A stretch of DNA of 64,000 nucleotides from Clostridiales bacterium (GCA_012520655.1 JAAYNW010000032.1:25899-89898), one strand, 5' to 3'. Numbered from the stretch's first letter, positions 1 to 9,013 are shown. A program made the numbers and translations. The notes: generated by a model not told the origin, from the sequence alone.

Positions 1-379
1 CCATTTCGTCCCTGAGGTAGAGGTATCCGAACAAAGCTTCCAATCCAGTCGCTTTCCGGTAATCGTGCATGGTCGCATTCTTGGCTTTTGTATATGATTT
101 GGCATTCCTCCCCCGCTTGTACACTGCCAGTTCTTCTTCGGTAAGATACTCCTGCAAAGCATCCGCCATCGCTGCCTGCGTTGCTGCGTTTACATATTTT
201 ACCGCCATCTTATGCAGATTGTTGGCAGATCGGTTTCCCCGTTCCACTACAACAGTCCGAACAATTACATCATAAATGCTATCCCCTATATACGCAAGCG
301 CAAGAGGCGAATATTCTTTAATATCCACCTCTTTACAATTAAATTCTATTTTCAGTTTTGCAATTAAGCTCTTTTCCAT
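1..379 (-). CDS. mrnC: Mini-ribonuclease III (runs off the left edge; not in ORF track)
   Basis: Manual translation from ATG at 379: MEKSLIAKLKIEFNCKEVDIKEYSPLALAYIGDSIYDVIVRT...VYKRGRNAKS...DYRKATGLEALFGYLYL. Mini-III motifs are LAYIGD, KRGRN and ATGLEALFGYLYL. The start overlaps the cysS 3' end, the usual cysS-mrnC order. Confidence 0.93.
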   Translation of the reverse strand, partial: MEKSLIAKLKIEFNCKEVDIKEYSPLALAYIGDSIYDVIVRTVVVERGNRSANNLHKMAVKYVNAATQAAMADALQEYLTEEELAVYKRGRNAKSYTKAKNATMHDYRKATGLEALFGYLYLRDEM

Positions 380-1773
380 TTAACACCTTCACGAGTATCT
401 TCCAGTATAATACCCTTATCCAACAATTCCTTACGGATTTCGTCTGCTCTCGCAAAATTCTTCTCTTTCCTTGCCTTCTGTCTCTCTTCAATGAGCCCTT
501 CGATATCAGAATCGAGAAGTTCCTCTTTTCTCTCCACAATCAGACCGCAAACATCGGACAGTTCAACTACTTCATCCTTTAATGCTTTTATAAATTCCGC
601 AGTATGTGACGAATCGGCGTTCGTATTGATAAATTTCACAAGTTCAAAAATTACCGAAATTGCATCCGCCGTATTAAAATCATCGTCCATCGCTTCGTCG
701 AACTTCTTGATGAAGCCCTTCGCTTCTTCTATAAGCGCCTGCTCATCCTCTCTCATAGGCTCCGAAGCTACGTTTTCCAGCAGATAATTTAAGTTGCTTA
801 CACTGGTAACAATTCTTTCATATCCGTTCTTAGCGGCATCCATCAAATCAGCGCTAAAATTGAGGGGGCTTCTGTAATGTGCCGATAGCATGAAGAAACG
901 AAGCACCTGTAAATCATATTTTTCGGCTATATCCCTGACCGTAAAAAAGTTACCGGCAGATTTGGACATCTTTTTGTTATCGATGTTCAGGAAGGCATTA
1001 TGCATCCAATATCTTGCAAAAGGTCTTCCGTTAGCCGCTTCGGACTGGGCAATCCCATTTTCATGATGGGGGAAGACAAGATCTTCTCCGCCCGCATGGA
1101 TATCTATTTCGTCGCCAAGATATTTTTTACTCATAACGGAGCATTCAATATGCCAGCCGGGACGTCCGTTACACCACGGCGATACCCAGTATGGTTCTTT
1201 ATCCTTTTTAGGCTTCCAGAGAACAAAATCCAAAGGATCCTCTTTCTGGTCTTCTCCCGATACGAGAAGGGAACGGTTCCCTCCCTGCAAATCGTCCAGA
1301 TTTTTATGTGAAAGCTTTCCGTATTCCTTAAAGCGGCGTGTTCTATAATATACAGTTCCGTCCGATGCTTTATAGGCAAAGCCCTTTTCAATAAGACTTT
1401 CTATCATCTCCAGCATGCCGCAGATTTCATTGGTCGCAAGAGGATGAGTGGTTGCCGGTCTTACGTTCATAGCTGCCATATCTTTTTTGCATTCCGCAAT
1501 ATATCTCTCGGAAATTACGGTAGCTTCCACGCCTTCTTCCACAGCTTTTTTAATAATCTTATCATCTACATCGGTAAAGTTGGATACATAATTGACTTCA
1601 TATCCCTTATGCTCCATGTAACGCCTTACGGTATCGAACACGATCATCGGTCTGGCATTTCCGATATGAATCAGGTTGTAAACAGTCGGACCGCAGACAT
1701 ACATTTTCACTTTTCCCGGCTCGATTGGTACAAATTCTTCCTTTTTCTTTGATAAAGTATTATATATTCTCAT
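364..1773 (-). CDS. cysS: Cysteinyl-tRNA synthetase
   Basis: MYVCGPTVY, HIGNAR (HIGH), GRPGWHIECS and KMSKS motifs. HHENG appears instead of HHENE (see findings). Confidence 0.98.
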   Translation of the reverse strand: MRIYNTLSKKKEEFVPIEPGKVKMYVCGPTVYNLIHIGNARPMIVFDTVRRYMEHKGYEVNYVSNFTDVDDKIIKKAVEEGVEATVISERYIAECKKDMAAMNVRPATTHPLATNEICGMLEMIESLIEKGFAYKASDGTVYYRTRRFKEYGKLSHKNLDDLQGGNRSLLVSGEDQKEDPLDFVLWKPKKDKEPYWVSPWCNGRPGWHIECSVMSKKYLGDEIDIHAGGEDLVFPHHENGIAQSEAANGRPFARYWMHNAFLNIDNKKMSKSAGNFFTVRDIAEKYDLQVLRFFMLSAHYRSPLNFSADLMDAAKNGYERIVTSVSNLNYLLENVASEPMREDEQALIEEAKGFIKKFDEAMDDDFNTADAISVIFELVKFINTNADSSHTAEFIKALKDEVVELSDVCGLIVERKEELLDSDIEGLIEERQKARKEKNFARADEIRKELLDKGIILEDTREGVKWKRA

Positions 1774-1824
1774 TACTCTTAACCTTTCTTCTCCATTTAC
1801 TCGTACAAATTATCTTTTATTCCG

Positions 1825-2511
1825 TTATTTATCCTGTTCCGTATCGCTGCGGCGTTTCAATTCCCGCACCACCGCTTCCAGCTCCAGCAAACGGTTGGTC
1901 AATTCGCTGTTCTCACGGCGTAAGCCTGCAATATCTTCTTTGACAGGATCCGGCAGATTAATCTGATCCATTTCTTCCTGCGGCAACGCCTGATTATTTC
2001 TTTTTACCACACGTCCCGGAACGCCCACTACCGTAGAACCGGACGGAACTTCTTCCAATACAACGCTGCCCGCACCTATTTTAGAATTATCGCCAATTTT
2101 AAAGGATCCTAAAACTTTGGCTCCGGCGCTGATCATTACATTATTCCCTACCGTAGGGTGTCTCTTCCCGCACTCTTTACCAGTGCCTCCGAGGGTAACT
2201 CCCTGATATAGTGTCACATTATCACCGATAATCGTAGTCTCCCCAATGATAACTCCGTGTCCGTGATCGATAAAGAATCCTTTTCCGATCTGCGCTCCCG
2301 GATGTATCTCGATTCCTGTCTTACGCACTCCGCGCTGAGATACCCATCTGGCAAGAAAATAATGCTTTTTCAAATACAGCTTATGTGCCAGTCTGTAATG
2401 CAGCATTACCTTAAAACTGGGATACAAAAAAACCTCCAGCGCACTATGAATTGCCGGGTCCCGCTCTCTGATTACGGCAATTTCTTCACGCACTCTTTTT
2501 AGAAACCCCAT
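1825..2511 (-). CDS. cysE: Serine O-acetyltransferase
   Basis: TGIEIHPGAQIG, FFIDHG and LGGTGKE..KRHPT motifs plus hexapeptide repeats. Start moved to ATG 2511 (GGAGG SD upstream). Confidence 0.96.
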   Translation of the reverse strand: MGFLKRVREEIAVIRERDPAIHSALEVFLYPSFKVMLHYRLAHKLYLKKHYFLARWVSQRGVRKTGIEIHPGAQIGKGFFIDHGHGVIIGETTIIGDNVTLYQGVTLGGTGKECGKRHPTVGNNVMISAGAKVLGSFKIGDNSKIGAGSVVLEEVPSGSTVVGVPGRVVKRNNQALPQEEMDQINLPDPVKEDIAGLRRENSELTNRLLELEAVVRELKRRSDTEQDK

Positions 2512-2527
2512 ATCATTCCTCCATATC

Positions 2528-2810
2528 AAAAAAACTTCGTCCTCATAAAAATATGATAAGAGACGAAGTTATCCGCGGTTCCACTCTAATTAAAGACAAT
2601 AAAAAAATCGTCTTTCCCTTGTGTAGCGTAACGTGCTTTCCCGTATCCGGATACTTGAAAAATTCTCTTTCTCCGAATCAGCTCACAAATGCACTTGGGT
2701 TATCTTCGTATCAGGACTGCTTTCAGCCGACGGCATTCCCTCTCTGGCATCGTCAGATAACTTACTCTTTTTGTTCGAAGCCTTTATCTTATTTAGACGA
2801 AGCTTATTCC
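2528..2810 (-). promoter_or_regulatory. Cys-specific T-box riboswitch leader with intrinsic terminator
   Basis: Minus strand has AGAGAG and GGCTGA stem I boxes and a GTTATCT/AGATAAC helix. The specifier TGC (Cys) is at 2691-2693. The T-box AGAGTGGAACCGCG is at about 2574-2587; its UGGA bulge is complementary to the U73-CCA end of tRNA-Cys. A terminator stem AACTTCGTC...GACGAAGTT is followed by a T tract at 2528-2534. Confidence 0.93.
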
Positions 2811-2817
2811 TTAGTTC

Positions 2818-2846
2818 AGCATATGCAAAAAACCTTTGTTTGTCAA
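2818..2846 (-). promoter_or_regulatory. Sigma-A-type promoter of the T-box leader
   Basis: TTGACA (2841-2846), 17-nt spacer, TATGCT (2818-2823). The -35 box contains the hflX stop codon. Confidence 0.75.
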
Positions 2847-4144
2847 CACATTTTTGTATACCGCCCATATTTTCGGGCATCCGCCGCATGACAATTTACA
2901 CTTAATCGTATTCCTGTTTCCAGATATTCCTGCTCGAGAACTTGAGAATTCTCCATAAAATAAGATACGATCTGTCCCTTATCATAAGGAATGTGGAAAT
3001 CCACCGTTACGTAATCGGAATATACCGTTTTCAAAATCATTTCTACCAGCTCTGAGAGTCCTTGGCCGCTTTTGGCCGACATATAGATTTTATCATTCCC
3101 TACTACTTTAGGCAAAGCCTCAATTTCGCACAAATCTGCCTTATTGTATATATAAATGGCCGGGATATTAACGGCTCCGATTTCCTGCAACGTCTCCTCA
3201 GTTACCTTTATCTGTTGCCTGTATTCCTCATCCGAATAATCGATCACATATAACAGCAAATCGGCATTCTTAACCTCTTCCAACGTGGATCTGAATGCTT
3301 TTACCAGCCCATGAGGTAGCTTATGAATGAAACCGACCGTATCGGACAGAAGAAATTCTTTATTGTTGCCTGTATTAATGTTTCTGACGGTCGTATCCAG
3401 TGTGGCAAAAAGCATATCTTTTTCCAGAACCTTTTTATCCTCATCCTGCAAATACCTCTCCACCATGGCGTTCATCAAGGTAGACTTTCCGGCATTGGTA
3501 TACCCTACCAAGGAAACCTTAGGTATTCTCGCAGACAACCTTCTCTTACTCTGGGTCTCCCTCTCCTTAGACACTTCCTCAAGCTCCCTCCTCAGTTCCA
3601 CGAGACGTCTCTCGATTTTACGCCTATCCAGCTCCAGCTTTTTCTCACCGGCCCCCTTGCTGCTCATGCTGCCGCTGGCACCGCCTTGCCTTGTCAAAGC
3701 CTCATGCATGCCTACCAGTCGGGACAGAAGATATTGTAGCTTCGCCGTCTCTACCTGCAGCTTGGCCTCTCGTGTCTTTGCTCTTCTGGAGAAAATATCC
3801 AAGATTAAGGTAGTTCTGTCCAATACAGGTTTCTCAAGTTCTTTTTGAAGGTTACGAAGTTGGGACGGCGTCAGTGAATTATCGAAAATAACAATATCCG
3901 CCTCCAAAGCCCTTGCATAATCCTTGACCTCCTGCACCTTGCCCGCTCCGATATAATGTGACTTGTTGACCGTTGCCATCTTCTGCGTCACTACGCCTGC
4001 CACCGACATGTAGCACGCCTCCGCCAGTTCTTCAAGTTCCTTCATAGAGCGGTCAAAATTCTCATCCTCGCCTGTATCCAATCCTACCAACAAAGCCTTC
4101 TCCAATTCCTGCGGCTCCGATTTCTGTATTTCGTCTTGTATCAT
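2843..4144 (-). CDS. hflX: Ribosome-splitting GTPase HflX
   Basis: GYTNAGKST, LFATLDTT, DTVGFI and NKAD G-motifs; DRTTLILDIF..RAKTREAKLQVE. Confidence 0.96.
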   Translation of the reverse strand: MIQDEIQKSEPQELEKALLVGLDTGEDENFDRSMKELEELAEACYMSVAGVVTQKMATVNKSHYIGAGKVQEVKDYARALEADIVIFDNSLTPSQLRNLQKELEKPVLDRTTLILDIFSRRAKTREAKLQVETAKLQYLLSRLVGMHEALTRQGGASGSMSSKGAGEKKLELDRRKIERRLVELRRELEEVSKERETQSKRRLSARIPKVSLVGYTNAGKSTLMNAMVERYLQDEDKKVLEKDMLFATLDTTVRNINTGNNKEFLLSDTVGFIHKLPHGLVKAFRSTLEEVKNADLLLYVIDYSDEEYRQQIKVTEETLQEIGAVNIPAIYIYNKADLCEIEALPKVVGNDKIYMSAKSGQGLSELVEMILKTVYSDYVTVDFHIPYDKGQIVSYFMENSQVLEQEYLETGIRLSVNCHAADARKYGRYTKMC

Positions 4145-4156
4145 ATTCTCCGCTCC

Positions 4157-5353
4157 CTATACAATCTCATTAATAAAAACGTTAGAAAATAACTTCAGAG
4201 ACTCAAGTTGACATAATATTTCATCCTTTATTTCCCCTTGCGTGAAAATAAAACACTCTTCCGGCGTCTTATAACCAAATATCCATGAAGTCAATTTATC
4301 TATCGTTGTTGAGCACAGAGGTGCTCCGTCCATTTCTGTCCGTTTTTGTACAAGTGACTCTTTGCACCCGATACGGCAGTGCCATATTCCGTTGTTCTCC
4401 ATTATCATCGGGTCGGTAATGGCGATAGTCAATAAAATAAGATTCCGACTATCTTCTCCATGCCCGGGCTTCATTCTGAGTAAAGATAACATAGCCTGCA
4501 CATCTACAATTCTCGCCATGATAATAGGCTTATCGCCCGCTTCTTCCAAAAATCCGCTCTCTTTACCAAAAGCGTCACTACCGAATGCTGCTTCCTGAAT
4601 GTCCTCTTCTCCGCCTTCTCTTGTGTATAAGAAATATCCGATTATCCGCTTGTCCGCCTCCTGGCTTTCCTGCTCGCTAATAAGATAAACAGCTCCGTTC
4701 TGTACTTTCAGTTCCTTTACCAGCGTATTGTAATACGCTGCATCCCTGTGGGTAAAAACATCATAGTCCTTATGGAGATGAAAATTTACATAGTCTAATA
4801 ACTGTGGAATCTCCTGCTTTTTTAGCTTCGTAATTTTCTTTTGTCCATTCAAATCAGCCATAGCAGCTTTCGGGTTTGGCGATTGAGGTATCTCGGTTTT
4901 TACTCTATACTTCTTTTTGTTATAGATATACACGAACTGATATGGTTCATAGATTTTGGGGCTTGCAGGCATTAAAAAGGTAAAAGGCTGTTTTTTCTTA
5001 TACATGTAATCTATGGAAGCCTTAAGCAGCATTCCCATATATCCTCTATGACGGTATTTCTCATCCGTCGCCACTCCGACAATATAATTTATTTCCAAAC
5101 GAGTAAATGTATTACCTGTACGGATCTCCATATCGTAGGGAGACAAATGCAGCATTGCTGCTGCATTCTCATTATTTATGTCCGCTGCTCTGGCTTCTCC
5201 GGCTTCCTCCTCCGGCAGTATTATAAATGCATGATTTCTTACAGCTTTTTCTTTAAAATAGTAATCCGTGAACTCTCGGGAATCCTCGAAAAATACTTTC
5301 TCCCATAAAGGTCTGAGAGTAAGGCACTCCTCTCCCCTTATTTGCTTTATCAT
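4157..5353 (-). CDS. GNAT acetyltransferase, Eis-like (GNAT domain plus C-terminal SCP2-like domain)
   Basis: VGVATDEKYRHRGYM acetyl-CoA motif; IAITDPMIMENNGIW and the C-terminal FINEIV are typical of Eis-like proteins. Confidence 0.8.
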   Translation of the reverse strand: MIKQIRGEECLTLRPLWEKVFFEDSREFTDYYFKEKAVRNHAFIILPEEEAGEARAADINNENAAAMLHLSPYDMEIRTGNTFTRLEINYIVGVATDEKYRHRGYMGMLLKASIDYMYKKKQPFTFLMPASPKIYEPYQFVYIYNKKKYRVKTEIPQSPNPKAAMADLNGQKKITKLKKQEIPQLLDYVNFHLHKDYDVFTHRDAAYYNTLVKELKVQNGAVYLISEQESQEADKRIIGYFLYTREGGEEDIQEAAFGSDAFGKESGFLEEAGDKPIIMARIVDVQAMLSLLRMKPGHGEDSRNLILLTIAITDPMIMENNGIWHCRIGCKESLVQKRTEMDGAPLCSTTIDKLTSWIFGYKTPEECFIFTQGEIKDEILCQLESLKLFSNVFINEIV

Positions 5354-5428
5354 ATTATATCAATAACCATACCTTTCTCAAAGCTCCAAAAACTCTTTGA
5401 TCTTTAATCTTTTATCGCAACAAAAAAA

Positions 5429-5971
5429 CTATTTATTAGGACAACCGCCACAGCCTTCGCACTTATTTCGAGACACCATATCCTCCATGTAATAATTCAT
5501 GGGGCTTGTAAGCAGGCATATAGCCTGTGACGAGATACCGTCTCCGGCTCCCGTAAATCCCAATCCCTCTTCCGTTGTCGCCTTCACATTTACCTGCGCA
5601 GCATCGATTCCCAACGCCTGCGCAATATTTTCACGCATTGCATCGATGTAAGGGCTCATCTTAGGAGTCTGCGCTATAATAGTCGCATCTATATTTTCTA
5701 TTAGAAAACAGTTTTCCTCCAGTTTCTTTGCTACCTCTTCCAATAATTTTAATGAGGAAATCCCTTTATATGCCGGATCCGTATCGGGAAAAAGCTTTCC
5801 TATGTCCCCCAATGCGGCCGCACCTAAAAGGGCATCCATAATGGCATGCACAAGAACATCCGCATCCGAATGACCAAGCAGTCCTTTCTCATACGGGATT
5901 CTAACCCCCCCAATAATTAAATCTCTATCTTCCACCAGTTTATGGACATCATAACCCATTCCGATTCTCAT
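5429..5971 (-). CDS. ispF: 2-C-methyl-D-erythritol 2,4-cyclodiphosphate synthase, with Cys-rich C-terminal tail
   Basis: [29 protein letters not shown] and [15 protein letters not shown] motifs. Confidence 0.96.
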   Translation of the reverse strand: MRIGMGYDVHKLVEDRDLIIGGVRIPYEKGLLGHSDADVLVHAIMDALLGAAALGDIGKLFPDTDPAYKGISSLKLLEEVAKKLEENCFLIENIDATIIAQTPKMSPYIDAMRENIAQALGIDAAQVNVKATTEEGLGFTGAGDGISSQAICLLTSPMNYYMEDMVSRNKCEGCGGCPNK

Positions 5972-6160
5972 ACTGTATATATCCTTTCTGATATAATGCT
6001 TTACAATTCCCGAATTTCGTTTTCTTTTGATTATATCATCATTTTCTTCAAATAGAAATGTCTTTATTGGACTATCTTTTTCGTTTAATTGCTTTTATTC
6101 TTTCTTTTTTCACGAACTTTCATACCCGCTTAGATGAGTTTATACTGCTGGATATTCAAC

Positions 6161-6189
6161 ACACTCTTTCATTGAATATGCATATTTTA
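6161..6189 (+). promoter_or_regulatory. SigmaK-like sporulation promoter
   Basis: ACAC (6161-6164), 16 nt, CATA-TTT-TA (6181-6189), matching the B. subtilis sigmaK pattern AC-16/17-CATA---TA. Confidence 0.4.
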
Positions 6190-6223
6190 AAGTAAAATAT
6201 TAATAAGGAGACATAAGACCTCT

Positions 6224-6703
6224 ATGCATTCTTCTACTTATTATACCGGTATCGTAGGCATTATTGAACGAATATCGCCTTTAAATACACAGTGCTGCAA
6301 TCAAATGCTGACACTTCGCACTCTAAACGGAACGGTCAACTTCATACTTTCTCCGGGAACTTATGTCGCAGATAATACCCCTCTTCGCAACGGAATGCGC
6401 GTCACGGCATTTTATGACGCCAATCTTCCTGTACCACTCATATATCCTCCACAATATCAGGCAGCCTTCATCGGTCGCACGGAACCCGGTGAAAATATTA
6501 AAGTCAGTTATTTTAACAAAGACCTGGTTAGTGCGGAAAATTCCTTAAAACTGCATATAGACTCCAATACTAGAATCACTACCGCCAATGGACAGCAATT
6601 TGCCTGCAGCCTCGGCAATAACCTCTTGATGGTCTATTACAGTGCAACAACAAGAAGTGTTCCGCCCCAGACTACACCCGACAGAATTATTGTCTTCTGT
6701 TAA
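6224..6703 (+). CDS. Hypothetical protein with two internally similar beta-rich halves, possibly sporulation-associated
   Basis: 159-aa ORF with AAGGAG SD. The halves end in similar motifs (FYDANLPVPLIYPPQ and YYSATTRSVPPQ). A sigmaK-like promoter lies upstream. Confidence 0.7.
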   Translation: MHSSTYYTGIVGIIERISPLNTQCCNQMLTLRTLNGTVNFILSPGTYVADNTPLRNGMRVTAFYDANLPVPLIYPPQYQAAFIGRTEPGENIKVSYFNKDLVSAENSLKLHIDSNTRITTANGQQFACSLGNNLLMVYYSATTRSVPPQTTPDRIIVFC

Positions 6704-6713
6704 AAAAATCCAA

Positions 6714-6763
6714 AATCAGCCCACCGGAAATTCTGTTCACTCGTTCGTTCCGGCGGGCTGATT
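6714..6763. terminator. Hairpin between convergent genes (likely terminator)
   Basis: AATCAGCCC-ACCGGAA...TTCCGGC-GGGCTGATT inverted repeat. Confidence 0.65.
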
Positions 6764-6795
6764 CTGTCTTAATTTTATTACAATTATCTATTCTT

Positions 6796-8091
6796 TTAGT
6801 CAATCCCCAAAAGTCTCTCTATATAATATTGAGTATTAATAATAAACCACAGTTGAGCATCAAATCTCATAATAGTCCAAAGAGATACGCCTTGGAGATT
6901 ATATTCTGCCGCCAGCTTCGTTCGTGCGTCAAAGCTTCTTGCATCTTTAAACCATACTTGATGTAAAACCCTATTATTATCCATATAGTAAAAATAAGGT
7001 GATTGTGCCGCTTCATTAAATTGTATGGGTATATTGTTATCCGCCGCAAATTTTACTGCATCATTATTGGATATTACGGTAGCGCCCGTTGCACCGGGAA
7101 CATAAGGAAGTGTCCAATCATAACCTTGAGTAGTAATTCCTAGAAAAATCTTTTGAGAAGGAATGATACTGACCCCATAATCTAACAATTCTCTTACAAC
7201 ATTAACCGGAAAAATTGAATTTGGATAGCTGTAAGTCCTAGCCCAATCATAAGAAGTAAATATGATTGCGTCAGCATATTCTGCTAATTTTGAATAGTCA
7301 ATTTTTTCAAAGCTGCCATCGTATGTATCAATATTTGTAATAGGTGTTATCGTAACAACTACTCTGTATCCTTCCGAATGAAATACTTCATAAGTTTTTC
7401 TTATATTTTCCACAATAGCATTGATGTTGTCATAGTTAATGTTCTCTGCATATACGTTTATGCCGTAATAACCCTTCGTTTTCACTGTTTGAAAAATATT
7501 ATCAATAAGCCGGTCTAGTACGGAAGGATTATTTATTATCTCATAGGTTACTTCACGGCTGATTACTCCTGCTTCCGTAATAGTGGAAACAAACAACATG
7601 GGAGCAACACCATAAGCTTTAGCCAGCCGGATAAGTTCGGATTCATCATCGCTGGCAATAATCTCTCCTTCGAGCGTCGCCCTATAATTGAATATAGTCA
7701 GATAAGATAAAAATGGAAGTGTTTTTATTAAAACAGATTTATCTATGTAAGCAAAGGTATAACCACTGGTAGCAATTGTTACCGTTTTATTCGTTTGATA
7801 CTTTATGACAATGGTTTCTCCGGGATACATAAGCTCTCTATCGGAAAGATACGGATTATTCCTTAATAATTCCATTGGAGAAACACCGTATTGTTCCGCA
7901 ATACCCACCAAGGTATCTCCGGCCTTGACGGTATAGAGTATTTCGGGTTCGACAATCACAATGGTTTGTCCTATTGCTAAATTGTCAGGATTAATAATTC
8001 CGTTTTCCAATATTAATCTGTCAGCGGGGGTTCTGTAATATTCTGATATGGAATAGATAGTTTCACCGGGCAGTACTACGTGTATGATCAT
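6796..8091 (-). CDS. Two LysM domains plus GH18-fold domain; YaaH/SleL-like spore cortex or coat protein
   Basis: HVVLPGETIYSIS and YTVKAGDTLVGIAEQYGVS LysM repeats, followed by a GH18 TIM-barrel-type region (AQSPYFYY...HQVWFKDARS...LQGVSLW). Confidence 0.88.
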   Translation of the reverse strand: MIIHVVLPGETIYSISEYYRTPADRLILENGIINPDNLAIGQTIVIVEPEILYTVKAGDTLVGIAEQYGVSPMELLRNNPYLSDRELMYPGETIVIKYQTNKTVTIATSGYTFAYIDKSVLIKTLPFLSYLTIFNYRATLEGEIIASDDESELIRLAKAYGVAPMLFVSTITEAGVISREVTYEIINNPSVLDRLIDNIFQTVKTKGYYGINVYAENINYDNINAIVENIRKTYEVFHSEGYRVVVTITPITNIDTYDGSFEKIDYSKLAEYADAIIFTSYDWARTYSYPNSIFPVNVVRELLDYGVSIIPSQKIFLGITTQGYDWTLPYVPGATGATVISNNDAVKFAADNNIPIQFNEAAQSPYFYYMDNNRVLHQVWFKDARSFDARTKLAAEYNLQGVSLWTIMRFDAQLWFIINTQYYIERLLGID

Positions 8092-8121
8092 GCTTTCCCC
8101 TCAAAAGGTCTTTTTAATTAT

Positions 8122-8150
8122 ATTATATGCCGCTCCTATCTGTTAATGAC
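8122..8150 (-). promoter_or_regulatory. SigmaE-like sporulation promoter of the LysM-GH18 gene
   Basis: Minus strand GTCATT, 15 nt, CATATAAT. B. subtilis yaaH is sigmaE-dependent. Confidence 0.55.
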
Positions 8151-8242
8151 ATTTATATTCCACGACAGAATATAATATTATTTGACATTTTTCGAACCAA
8201 TTCCATATAGCACCATAATATAATCATAGGAGGTGATTAAAC

Positions 8243-8413
8243 ATGAAAGAACGAATCGGAAAATGTGTTGTTCTGAATATTTATGTTGATTGTGAGGAAA
8301 GATGGCGCCCTAATAATTTTGAGATTGGTAACAATTCTTGCAGAATTAGAGAGGATGACACAACCGTTGAAATAAATATTTTTGCTGAAAGCGATGATAT
8401 TAAAAGGCCTTAA
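8243..8413 (+). CDS. Unannotated 56-aa small protein
   Basis: Strong SD AGGAGGTG 6 nt upstream. Translation MKERIGKCVVLNIYVDCEERWRPNNFEIGNNSCRIREDDTTVEINIFAESDDIKRP. Followed by its own terminator hairpin. Confidence 0.7.
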   Translation: MKERIGKCVVLNIYVDCEERWRPNNFEIGNNSCRIREDDTTVEINIFAESDDIKRP

Positions 8414-8437
8414 TTTCCTATAACTTTAATGAATACG

Positions 8438-8465
8438 AAGTGGCGGCTATTAATCCGCCACTTTT
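8438..8465 (+). terminator. Intrinsic terminator after the 56-aa ORF
   Basis: AAGTGGCGG-loop-CCGCCACTT followed by TT. Confidence 0.65.
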
Positions 8466-8524
8466 GATATTGACTAGCAGACCGATGCTCCGAATCAGAG
8501 TATCCTCTCCGGCTTTTTACAATT

Positions 8525-8767
8525 CTATGATGCATTATGTTCTTTTAGTTTTGAATATGCTTCTAATGCTTCTGTAACCTCTTTGGGGCTTAAACCGGAT
8601 GTGCTAATAAGTTCACTAATAGATTCCAAATCTTTGAGCTTCTTTTCGTTATATAGGTTTTCCAGCTCATCTTGTTCTGATTTAATTCTAATTTGCAATG
8701 CAGAAATTAATTCTTCTTTTTCAGAGATTCTCTCTTCAATGGATTTTTTAGGTTTCCTTCCTGCCAT
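8525..8767 (-). CDS. Small coiled-coil hypothetical protein (80 aa)
   Basis: Start reassigned to ATG 8767 (GGAGG SD). MAGRKPKKSIEERISEKEELISALQIRIK... has heptad character. Confidence 0.75.
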   Translation of the reverse strand: MAGRKPKKSIEERISEKEELISALQIRIKSEQDELENLYNEKKLKDLESISELISTSGLSPKEVTEALEAYSKLKEHNAS

Positions 8768-8823
8768 AATTTTCCTCCAAGAATAAATATTAATATAGTA
8801 TATGGACAAGACCGGAAGAATAT

Positions 8824-8874
8824 TCATTGGTTGTTAAATAATATTATTATTGCACTTTTGTAAGCAACTGCCAT
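8824..8874 (-). CDS. Candidate 16-aa peptide MAVAYKSAIIILFNNQ
   Basis: Strong SD GGAGGTG 6 nt before the ATG. The very short length is the main doubt. Confidence 0.3.
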   Translation of the reverse strand: MAVAYKSAIIILFNNQ

Positions 8875-9013
8875 ACTAACCACCTCCGTTTTTTGATTAG
8901 CATGTGTAATATGTAGGTTTGTAATATAAAAGGTTATAGTTTCCTTTATTTTTTAGTCAATAAGTCATCGGCATAGGCATACTATATCGGTAGAATGATA
9001 AAGGAGACTTCTT

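Noticed and set aside
339-539. 66-aa minus-strand ORF overlapping the cysS end
   Set aside because: It is an alternative frame of cysS; the real downstream gene is mrnC starting at 379.
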